Positions 9,634 to 17,697 of a DNA stretch of 64,000 nucleotides are shown here, one piece after another. Origin of the DNA: Dehalococcoidia bacterium (GTDB lineage Bacteria > Chloroflexota > Dehalococcoidia > Bin125). The translations under genes and the position numbers were made by a program. Location of the stretch: NCBI GenBank assembly GCA_965221705.1, contig OZ244908.1, positions 2,363,913 through 2,427,912 on the forward strand. Reading direction: 5' to 3'. The notes below the pieces were generated by a model. That model searched no databases, was not told the origin of the DNA, and saw only the letters and a list, made by a program, of their open reading frames with translations. The first letter of the stretch is position 1; every line of letters begins with the position of its first letter.

Positions 9634-9655
9634 GCCTGACCAGTCAATGTTCGTC

Positions 9656-10696
9656 CTATTGCAGCGGCAACGGCGACTGCCACCATGATGGCTTGTCGCT
9701 CACTTCGATTCTCGTCACCCACTTAACCCAGTGGTGGCCTCGTCGACCGGGCGCCACCAGACGCATCGGGAATCCATGACCACTGCTCAGTGTCGCGCCG
9801 CCGACATGTGTGGCCAGCAACAGTCGCTCAGCCTCACCGATCGGAAAGCGGCGCCGAAATCCCGTGATTGATTCGATCACCACGCTCTCGGCCTCCGCGT
9901 CAGGCGATGTCAGCTGCAGCACGTCCGACAGCCGAACGCCCGACCAGTCTTGAACCGTGTACCAGCCGCCAGTGCAGTCCAGCGTCGCCCGACTGCCGAA
10001 TCGAGCCAGCTCGTTCAGTTGCGCGAGCGTGATCGAGAGCGATCGCGCGACAGCGCCATCGACGCGCAACCGCCAGTCGTCGGCATCGATCCTCTGCCGA
10101 CGGTCGAACAACCACTGCGTCACCGGAAACGAGCCGTCTCGGCCGCTTCCAACCTGGCGCGAACCAGTGAATCGCGGTCGTTGACCAGCCAATGGCGCAG
10201 CCGCTGACGCGCCCTGCCAGAGCGCGGCGCCCACGAGTCCCACCGCGATCAAGCGCAACGCTGAGCGTCGACTCGTGAAGTCGGACGCGCGCAGACCTCG
10301 CGGCCAGCGCAGCGCCGCGTGCGCGATTAGCGGAATCGTCAATGCCAAACCGAGCGTGGTGTGAATCACGAGCAGCCGCATCGAGCCGTAGAGCGGTATC
10401 TCGACGCTGCCGCGACCGATGAGTGACCAGAGGACGCCCGTCACGAGTACGCCGACAAACAAGATCGCAAGCAGAATCGCCCCGACTGTCTCGGCGACGA
10501 TCCCTCGCCTGCGCAACGACCGAGCCACGATGCGGTACTTCCACACGACCAGTCCCACGAGCGAGAACCCGGCCAGACCATGCAACCAGAACACCCACTC
10601 GCCCGATGGTCGGCCGACCGTGAATGACACGAGACCTGAGATCAGCTCGACGCTCAGCAGGAACAGGATCGCGTGATTGGTCGTACGCGCGCTCAT
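9656..10696 (-). CDS. Molybdopterin-dependent oxidoreductase (SUOX/YedY-MsrP-like catalytic domain) fused to an N-terminal polytopic membrane domain
   Basis: 346 aa. About 5 predicted TM helices carry spaced His residues. These are followed by TLDCTGGWYTVQDWSGVRLSDVL...GFPMRLVAPGRRGHHWVKWVTRIEV, which is typical of the Oxidored_molyb fold. Confidence 0.75.
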   Translation of the reverse strand: MSARTTNHAILFLLSVELISGLVSFTVGRPSGEWVFWLHGLAGFSLVGLVVWKYRIVARSLRRRGIVAETVGAILLAILFVGVLVTGVLWSLIGRGSVEIPLYGSMRLLVIHTTLGLALTIPLIAHAALRWPRGLRASDFTSRRSALRLIAVGLVGAALWQGASAAAPLAGQRPRFTGSRQVGSGRDGSFPVTQWLFDRRQRIDADDWRLRVDGAVARSLSITLAQLNELARFGSRATLDCTGGWYTVQDWSGVRLSDVLQLTSPDAEAESVVIESITGFRRRFPIGEAERLLLATHVGGATLSSGHGFPMRLVAPGRRGHHWVKWVTRIEVSDKPSWWQSPLPLQ

Positions 10697-10802
10697 GTGC
10701 TGACCCTAACGATCGACGATCGCCCCGGCCGAACTGAGATCGTGACGAAACTCCGCGGCGCCGACAAAGTCCATCGGCAGACTGTGGGCTAATCTGACAA
10801 AC

Positions 10803-11606
10803 ATGAGTCGGACGAGCATGAGTCAGACGAGCAACGCGCCAACTGGTTCCGGACCCGTGGTGATCAAGGTCGGCGGCTCGACCCTCGGTGATCACGACAC
10901 GTCCCTCGCCGACTGCGCCGCGCTGCAGCGCGAGGGTCGACAGGTCGTCGTCGTCCACGGCGGCGGCGCCGCGGTGACCGATTGGCAACGGCGACTCGGC
11001 GCTGAGGCCGCCTGGGTCGACGGTCTGCGTTCGACCACTCCCGAATCACTCGAAGTCGTCGTCGCCGTCCTGGCCGGACTGATCAACAAGGAACTCACGC
11101 GCCAGCTGCAACAGCTGGGCGCGTCCGCCGTTGGACTCAGCGGCGTCGACGGCGGCGCCCTGCGATCACCGATCTCGACGCGCATCGGCCTCGTCGGCGA
11201 GACGCCGTGCTGTGATCCGACCACGCTCAGGCAGTTGCTCGAATCTGGCCATCTGCCTGTGCTCGCCCCCGTCGGCTTGGCCGACGATCTCTCGACCACT
11301 CTCAACATCAACGCCGACGCAGCCGCCGGCGCGGTCGCCTCAGCGTTGAGCGCCGCGAATCTCGTCTTTCTGACTGACGTTCCGCAGGTGCTCGACGGCG
11401 ACGGCCGCGGCATCGACTGTCTCGATGCAACCCGCCAACAACTGCTCACCGACGCAGGCGTGATCGAGGGCGGCATGCTGCCCAAGCTGCGCGCTGGACG
11501 TTCGGCCGCCGATTGCGGCGTGCGCGTGCGTATCGTTGATGGCAGACAACCCCATGCAGTCCGCAACGCCGTCACTGACGCGGCATTGGGAACGGCGCTC
11601 GTATGA
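10803..11606 (+). CDS. argB: Acetylglutamate kinase
   Basis: VVIKVGGSTLG...VVVVHGGG...GLINKEL...NINADAAAGAVA. An alternative ATG lies at 10818. Confidence 0.9.
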   Translation: MSRTSMSQTSNAPTGSGPVVIKVGGSTLGDHDTSLADCAALQREGRQVVVVHGGGAAVTDWQRRLGAEAAWVDGLRSTTPESLEVVVAVLAGLINKELTRQLQQLGASAVGLSGVDGGALRSPISTRIGLVGETPCCDPTTLRQLLESGHLPVLAPVGLADDLSTTLNINADAAAGAVASALSAANLVFLTDVPQVLDGDGRGIDCLDATRQQLLTDAGVIEGGMLPKLRAGRSAADCGVRVRIVDGRQPHAVRNAVTDAALGTALV

Positions 11607-14600
11607 GTCTTCACTGGTCGACCTGGGTGCATCGAACGCAAGGCGGATGGCGCAACGGCAACGACGGCCCCAGCGACGTCCCGCCTTCAGACGAGGGCCG
11701 CTCAGGCGAACTCGGCCCGCCTCCGCCTGTCTTCCGCGAGGGACTCGGCGGCGGGGGCGGCGACGAACCGCCGCCGTACACGGCGGCTGAGGGTCAGCAA
11801 CCGAGCGGCGGTCGCACCTGGACCCGTGTCGTCATCGCAGGTGTGGCGCTGTTGGTGCTGCTGATTCTGCTCAACATCGGCATTGACGTCTACGTCGATC
11901 GCCTCTGGTTTGGCAACATCGGCTACCGCGGCGTGTTCGATCTGCGCGTCGTCACCCAGGTCTGGCTGTTCGCCGCCGGCGCCGGAATTTCGCTGTTGGT
12001 CCTGGCGGCGTCATACGTCATCGCCTGGCGAATGCCTGTCGAGGAAATCGCGCCCGCGCTCGACGATCCGCGGCTCGTTCGCGTGATCCACATCATCGCC
12101 GCCGTGGCGATGATCCTGCTTGCGATCATCTTCGGTTCGGTCGCCGCCGGACAGTGGGAACTGATCCTCCAGTTCCTCAACGCCAAGCCGTTCGGCCAGA
12201 CCGACGCGCAGTTCGGCCGCGACCTCGGATTCTACGTATTCGAGCTCGAAGCCCTGCAGTTCATGAAGGGCTGGGCGACCGGCCTTGCGATCATGACGAT
12301 GCTCACCACCGCCGCCACTTACGGCGTGCGACTTATGCTGCATCGCGGCAATGCTCGCTCCACGCTCGGCGTCCGCATTCACATTGCGATCACGATCGCG
12401 GCCGTCATGGCGCTGTTCGTCTGGAGCTACTGGCTAGCCCGATTCGAGCTCGCGCTCAATCCCGGTGGATTCGTCTTCGGCGCCACGTTCACCGACGACA
12501 ACATCCGCGCGCCCGTGCAGATCGTCAAGATGATCGCCGGTCTGTTGGTGATCGTCGGCGTGCTCTCCTGGCCCATCCACGAGCGACTGCGCTTCGCGCT
12601 CACGCCGATCGTGCTCCTGATCCTCGTCTCAATCGTCGGCGGCGCGATTCTGCCCGCCGCGATCCAACGCTTCACCGTCGAGCCCAACGAGCTCCAACGC
12701 GAGACCCCGTACATCGAGCGCAACATCGCCGCCACACGCGCGGCCTTCGCGCTTGATGAGATTGAGGAGCGCGAGTTCGTCGCTGACGATTCAGTCGACG
12801 AGGCCGACCTCGCGCAGAATCCTGAAGCCTTGCTCAACGTGCGGCTCTGGGATCACCGACCGCTCAATGACACGCTCAACACCATCCAGACCATCCGACC
12901 GCTCTACGTCTACCCCGACGTTGACGTCGATCGCTATCGCGTCGGCGAGGACGAGCATCAGGTGTTCCTCGCCGCGCGAGAGTTGTCGCAGGGCAATCTG
13001 CAGTCAACCCAGCAAGGTTGGGTTAACCGCCGCTTGCAGTTCACGCACGGATTCGGCGTCGTGATGACGCCCGTTGATGAGGTCTCTCCCGCCGGCGAGC
13101 CCGTCTTCTGGGTCTCCAACATTCCACCCGAAGTCACCGAGACCACGTCGTCTGGACCGCTCGACCTTCAGATCGTCGAGCCGCGCATTTACTACGGCGA
13201 AGCGACCGACGCCTACGTGATCGCCAACAGCAAAACTGAGGAGTTTGACTATCCGCTCAGCAGCGAAGAATCAAACGGCGAGGCCGACCAGGCCACGACG
13301 CGCTACTCGGGTCTGGGCGGCATTGAACTCGGCGGACTCTTGCGGCGGCTCGCTTTCGCCTGGTCATTCGGCGACGCCAACATTCTCATTTCCGGATCAG
13401 TCGACGGCGACAGCCGAATCCTCTTCCGGCGCCTGATTCAAGAGCGTGTCAGCGAACTCGCGCCCTTCCTGCAGCTTGACGCTGATCCGTACATTGTGGT
13501 CGGCCGCAATGGTCGCCTGTACTGGATCCAGGACGCCTACACCGTCACCGATCGCTACCCCTACTCGCAACCGCACGGAGTCGGATACAACTACGTCCGC
13601 AACTCCGTCAAAGCCGTGATCGACGCCTACGACGGCTCCGTCGACCTCTACATCGTCGACGAATCCGATCCGATCATCCAGGTCTGGTCCGATATCTTCC
13701 CCGAGCTGTTCAAGTCGACCGACGAGTTCCCCGCCGATCTCCAGGCGCACTGGCGCTACCCGCAGGACTACTTCCAGATCCAGGCTGATCAGTACCTGAC
13801 CTACCACATCGAGTCCGCGCGCGGTCTGTTTAACCGCGAAGACCTCTGGGCGATCCCGCAGGAACTACTGCGTCAGCAAGAGATCGCTGTCGAGCCCTAC
13901 TACGTCACCTTGCGCCTGCCAGGCGAGGCGGAACCCGAGTTCCTGCTCATCCTGCCGTTCACGCCGCGCAATCGACTCAACTCCATCGCCTGGATGGCCG
14001 GGCGCTCAGACGGCGACAACTACGGCAAACTGTTCGCCTTCCGCTTCCCCGCCAACAAGAACGTCGACGGCCCCAAACAGATCGAAAACCGCATCGACCA
14101 GGACGTCGCCGTGTCGCGGCAGTTCACCCTGTTGGGTCAACAGGGCTCAGAGGTGATTCGCGGCAACCTGCTCTTCATCCCCGTCGGAGACTCGTACGTC
14201 TACGTCGAGCCAATCTACTTGCAGGCCGAAACGGGCCGCTACCCGCAGCTCAAGGGGGTGATCGTCGTCAACGGCGACACGATCGCTTTTGAGGACACAT
14301 TCGTCGGCGCCGTTCAGGTGGCGCTCGGAAACCGCGCTGCGCAAGGGTTGTCTTTCCTCGGCGACGTCCCCGGCGAGGCCGCGGCCGACGACCCGCCCGC
14401 ACCGACGCCGGACGCGGACGACGACACGACAGCCGATCGTGCGCCGCTCGAGCTCTCGGACGACGCAGCTGAGCTCGCCGAACAGGCGCAAGAGGCCTTC
14501 GAAGAAGCGCTGGAGCGTCAACGCGACGGCGACTGGGCCGGCTACGGCGAGGCGATCGATCGCCTGGGACAAATCCTCGAGCGTCTCGCGCAACAGACCG

Positions 14601-14614
14601 AAGCGAGCGAATAG
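11603..14614 (+). CDS. UPF0182 family large membrane protein (function unknown)
   Basis: 1003 aa. A Gly/Pro-rich N-terminus is followed by a block of TM helices starting ...IDVYVDRLWFGNIGYRGVF, then a large soluble region (LYVYPDVD...RLQFTHGFGVVMTP...YYGE) and an acidic tail. ATG 11603 overlaps the argB stop (ATGA). Confidence 0.8.
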   Translation: MSLHWSTWVHRTQGGWRNGNDGPSDVPPSDEGRSGELGPPPPVFREGLGGGGGDEPPPYTAAEGQQPSGGRTWTRVVIAGVALLVLLILLNIGIDVYVDRLWFGNIGYRGVFDLRVVTQVWLFAAGAGISLLVLAASYVIAWRMPVEEIAPALDDPRLVRVIHIIAAVAMILLAIIFGSVAAGQWELILQFLNAKPFGQTDAQFGRDLGFYVFELEALQFMKGWATGLAIMTMLTTAATYGVRLMLHRGNARSTLGVRIHIAITIAAVMALFVWSYWLARFELALNPGGFVFGATFTDDNIRAPVQIVKMIAGLLVIVGVLSWPIHERLRFALTPIVLLILVSIVGGAILPAAIQRFTVEPNELQRETPYIERNIAATRAAFALDEIEEREFVADDSVDEADLAQNPEALLNVRLWDHRPLNDTLNTIQTIRPLYVYPDVDVDRYRVGEDEHQVFLAARELSQGNLQSTQQGWVNRRLQFTHGFGVVMTPVDEVSPAGEPVFWVSNIPPEVTETTSSGPLDLQIVEPRIYYGEATDAYVIANSKTEEFDYPLSSEESNGEADQATTRYSGLGGIELGGLLRRLAFAWSFGDANILISGSVDGDSRILFRRLIQERVSELAPFLQLDADPYIVVGRNGRLYWIQDAYTVTDRYPYSQPHGVGYNYVRNSVKAVIDAYDGSVDLYIVDESDPIIQVWSDIFPELFKSTDEFPADLQAHWRYPQDYFQIQADQYLTYHIESARGLFNREDLWAIPQELLRQQEIAVEPYYVTLRLPGEAEPEFLLILPFTPRNRLNSIAWMAGRSDGDNYGKLFAFRFPANKNVDGPKQIENRIDQDVAVSRQFTLLGQQGSEVIRGNLLFIPVGDSYVYVEPIYLQAETGRYPQLKGVIVVNGDTIAFEDTFVGAVQVALGNRAAQGLSFLGDVPGEAAADDPPAPTPDADDDTTADRAPLELSDDAAELAEQAQEAFEEALERQRDGDWAGYGEAIDRLGQILERLAQQTEASE

Positions 14615-14729
14615 CCGCCTGTCGTCGCGCCAATCAACGCGCGGCGCTATCGGTTGATAGACGCGCGTACATCGCTCACCTACTCTGAGTCCACTGATCC
14701 TGTCTCTGTCCGAAGTCGGAGCGACCCTC

Positions 14730-15914
14730 ATGCCCACCACTGCCGAGCGCGAGTCCGCAGTCTTCATGATGTCGGCGGGCCGTCTGCCCGTCACGCTCGT
14801 GCGCGGCGAGGGCTCTCGCGTCTGGGACGACGAAGGCAACGAGTATCTCGACTTCGTCGCCGGCATCGCCGCCGACAATCTCGGTCACTGTCACCCGCGC
14901 ATCGTCGAGACGATCAAGCGTCAGGCCGAGACGCTGCTCCACGTCTCCAACTACTTCTACACGCTGCCGCAACTCGACCTCGCCGACGTCCTCCTCGAAC
15001 AGTCGGGCATGACGCGCGTGTTCTTCTGCAACAGCGGCGCCGAGGCGACCGAAGGCGCAATCAAGATCGGTCGCAAGTGGGGTCAAACTAGACGCGACGG
15101 CGCCTCCGAGATCATCGTCATGGACGAGGCCTTCCACGGCCGCACCCTGGCCTCGGTCAACGCCTCGGGCAATCCGCGCTACCGCGACCCCTTCGGACCG
15201 CTCGACGGATTCCGCCACGTGCCGTTCAACGACATCGACGCCGTGCGCGAAGCTGTCGGCCCCGATACCGCCGCAATTCTCGTCGAGCCGCTGCAGGGCG
15301 AAGGCGGCGTTAACGTCGCCGACGACGGCTACCTGACCGCTCTGCGCCAGCTCTGCGACGAGGGCAACTTGCTGCTCATGCTCGACGAGGTGCAGACCGG
15401 CATCGGACGTACCGGCAAGCTCTTCGCTTGGCAACACGAGGGCGTTCAGCCCGACGTGATGGCGCTCGCCAAAGGCCTTGGCAGCGGTGTGCCGATCGGC
15501 GCCATCGTCGCCAATGAGCGCGGCGACATCCTCGAACCAGGCGATCACGGCACCACCTTCGGGGGACAGCCGTTCACGACCTCAGTCGCGCTCGAAACGC
15601 TGCGCGTGATCATCGAAGAGGACATTCCCGCTCAGGCGGCCGCGCGCGGCGACCAGTTGGTCTCAGGTCTGCGATCGCTTGAGGATCGCCATCCGCTGAT
15701 CGACCACGTGCGCGGACAAGGTCTGCTCGTCGCGGTCCAACTGAGCGACGATGTCGGACCCGCGCTCGTCACGGCAATTCGCGAGCGCGGCCTGATCTGT
15801 AACGTGGTCAAGCCCAACGTCTTGCGCCTGGTGCCGCCGCTGACGATCTCTGAGGAGGAGATTGACGAGGCAGTTGGCATCATCGATGACGCGCTCGCCT
15901 CAATCAGCGAATAG
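14730..15914 (+). CDS. argD: Acetylornithine aminotransferase
   Basis: GEGSRVWDDEGNEYLDFVAGIA...NSGAEATEGAIK...LLMLDEVQTGIGRTGKLFA...ALAKGLGSGVPIGA (PLP lysine region). Confidence 0.92.
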   Translation: MPTTAERESAVFMMSAGRLPVTLVRGEGSRVWDDEGNEYLDFVAGIAADNLGHCHPRIVETIKRQAETLLHVSNYFYTLPQLDLADVLLEQSGMTRVFFCNSGAEATEGAIKIGRKWGQTRRDGASEIIVMDEAFHGRTLASVNASGNPRYRDPFGPLDGFRHVPFNDIDAVREAVGPDTAAILVEPLQGEGGVNVADDGYLTALRQLCDEGNLLLMLDEVQTGIGRTGKLFAWQHEGVQPDVMALAKGLGSGVPIGAIVANERGDILEPGDHGTTFGGQPFTTSVALETLRVIIEEDIPAQAAARGDQLVSGLRSLEDRHPLIDHVRGQGLLVAVQLSDDVGPALVTAIRERGLICNVVKPNVLRLVPPLTISEEEIDEAVGIIDDALASISE

Positions 15915-15979
15915 ACCAATGGCCAGCGCCAGACAGCCGGCGTTGAGCGGGCGAAACTGGACAGCGTAGGGAGGCCGGG

Positions 15980-17233
15980 GTGCCGAACAGAACTGACGAC
16001 AAACGCGTCGTGTTGGCCTACTCAGGCGGCCTCGACACGTCCGTGGTCACAAGATGGCTCACCGAACGAGGCTGGGAAGTCGTCTGCATGACGGCTGACA
16101 TGGGATTCCTTGAGGCTGACGCAGAGCTCGAATCGCGAGCCTACGCCGCTGGCGCGATCGGCTTCGAGATGCTCGATCTGCGCGACGACTTCGCCCGCGC
16201 CTTCTGCTACCCCGCGCTGATGGCCGGCGCCCTCTACGAGGGCCGCTATCCCCTGGCGACAGCCCTCGCGCGACCGTTGATCGCCAAGGCGCTCGTCGAC
16301 GTCGCGCGACGTCACAACGCCACCGCCGTCGCTCACGGTTGCACTGGCAAAGGCAACGATCAGGTCCGCTTCGATGTCTCGGTCCAGGCGCTCGCGCCAG
16401 ACCTGCGCATCCTCGCTCCCGTGCGCGAGTGGGAACTGACGACCCGTGAGTCGGAGATCGTCTACGCCCAGGCGCACGACATCCCGATCACGGTCAGCGT
16501 CGACAAGCAGTACTCGACCGATGAGAATCTCTGGGGCCGCTCAATCGAGGCCGGTCCGCTCGAGGACCCCTGGGTCGAGCCGCCCGACAACGTCTGGGAG
16601 TGGACCGTCAATCCCGAGGACGCGCCGGACGATCCGACCTACATCGAGCTCGGCTTCGAGCACGGCCGACCTGTCTCGCTCGACGGCGAGCAGCTCGATC
16701 CCGTCACTCTGATCAGCCGCGTGCACGAGATCGCCGGCGCCAACGGGGTCGGTCGAATCGACATGGTTGAAGACCGACTCGTCGGCATCAAGTCGCGCGA
16801 GGTCTACGAAGCGCCTGCGGCGACCGTGTTGCGCACCGCGCATCAAGCGCTCGAGACACTGACGCTCTCCAAATCGCAGCTTCGCCTCAAGCACCGACTG
16901 ATGCAGGACTACGCCGACCTGATCTACGACGGACTCTGGTTCACTGCGATGCACCAGGACCTCGCCGCCTTTACCGCCTCGATGCAACGGCACGTGACCG
17001 GCGCGGCGCGGCTCAAGCTCTACAAGGGGCAAGCCGTCAGCGTCGGCGTCGAGAGCCCCAACAGCCTCTACCAGTACTCGCTCGCCACCTACGACGAGGG
17101 CGACGTCTACGACCAGACATCAGCCGTGGGCTTCATCGACATCTTCGGACTGCCGGTGCGGGTGCAGGCCGAGACGCAGCTGCTCAAACAACCAGGCGGC
17201 GTGCTGGACGTATCCTCCGGCAAGAGCTCCTGA
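15980..17233 (+). CDS. argG: Argininosuccinate synthase
   Basis: VVLAYSGGLDTSV...AHGCTGKGNDQVRF...YSTDENLWGRS. GTG start preceded by GGGAGG. Confidence 0.95.
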   Translation: MPNRTDDKRVVLAYSGGLDTSVVTRWLTERGWEVVCMTADMGFLEADAELESRAYAAGAIGFEMLDLRDDFARAFCYPALMAGALYEGRYPLATALARPLIAKALVDVARRHNATAVAHGCTGKGNDQVRFDVSVQALAPDLRILAPVREWELTTRESEIVYAQAHDIPITVSVDKQYSTDENLWGRSIEAGPLEDPWVEPPDNVWEWTVNPEDAPDDPTYIELGFEHGRPVSLDGEQLDPVTLISRVHEIAGANGVGRIDMVEDRLVGIKSREVYEAPAATVLRTAHQALETLTLSKSQLRLKHRLMQDYADLIYDGLWFTAMHQDLAAFTASMQRHVTGAARLKLYKGQAVSVGVESPNSLYQYSLATYDEGDVYDQTSAVGFIDIFGLPVRVQAETQLLKQPGGVLDVSSGKSS

Positions 17234-17313
17234 CCGAGCGCCTCGCCTCTGACCAGCCAGCCTGCCTGCCAGTCTGCGATGAGTCCAATGATGAATGAAC
17301 AGGGCGGAATCAG

Positions 17314-17673
17314 ATGACGACTGACGCAACTGATCTAGAAATCTCTATCGAGTACGAAACGGCCGTGCCCACGGCCGGCGGACCCGACGCGGCAGACTTT
17401 CAGATCCGCCGACCAGGTCATGCGACGCTCGAGTGCGCGCTCTATCTCGCCTTGGACGCCAAGCAGGCCTTCGAGTCGCTCTGCGGCGCGCTCTCGGACG
17501 ATGACGCGCAGGCGCTGATTCGCGCGATCGCCGACGGACTCTACCGAGAACAGATCGGCGCGGGCGTCGAGCCGCTGGCCATCCAAACCGTGCGCGCCCG
17601 CGACCTGTCGGCCGATCAGTTCGACGCCGCCATCGACGCTGCCGGCCTGACCAAACTGCCCCAAGACGACTAG
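17314..17673 (+). CDS. Hypothetical acidic protein (119 aa) between argG and argH
   Basis: Clean ORF filling the argG-argH gap on the same strand, with coding-like third-position G+C. I recognise no family motif. Confidence 0.5.
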   Translation: MTTDATDLEISIEYETAVPTAGGPDAADFQIRRPGHATLECALYLALDAKQAFESLCGALSDDDAQALIRAIADGLYREQIGAGVEPLAIQTVRARDLSADQFDAAIDAAGLTKLPQDD

Positions 17674-17697
17674 CGCGATAGCGACGAGCGGGCGGCG

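Noticed and set aside
14647-14660. Small inverted repeats and -10-like hexamers upstream of arg genes as ArgR operators or promoters (CTATC-n4-GATAG at 14647-14660, AGTCA-n4-TGACT at 9004-9017, TATATT at 6689-6694, TAATCT at 10789-10794)
   Set aside because: 5-bp arms and isolated hexamers are expected by chance. No convincing -35 partner or ARG-box-like 18-bp palindrome was found, and no argR is in the window.
17279-17317. 12-codon mini-ORF (MSPMMNEQGGIR) overlapping the start of the orphan 119-aa ORF
   Set aside because: A single short ORF without a Shine-Dalgarno sequence or conservation evidence could easily arise by chance. It is mentioned only as context in the finding on the orphan ORF.
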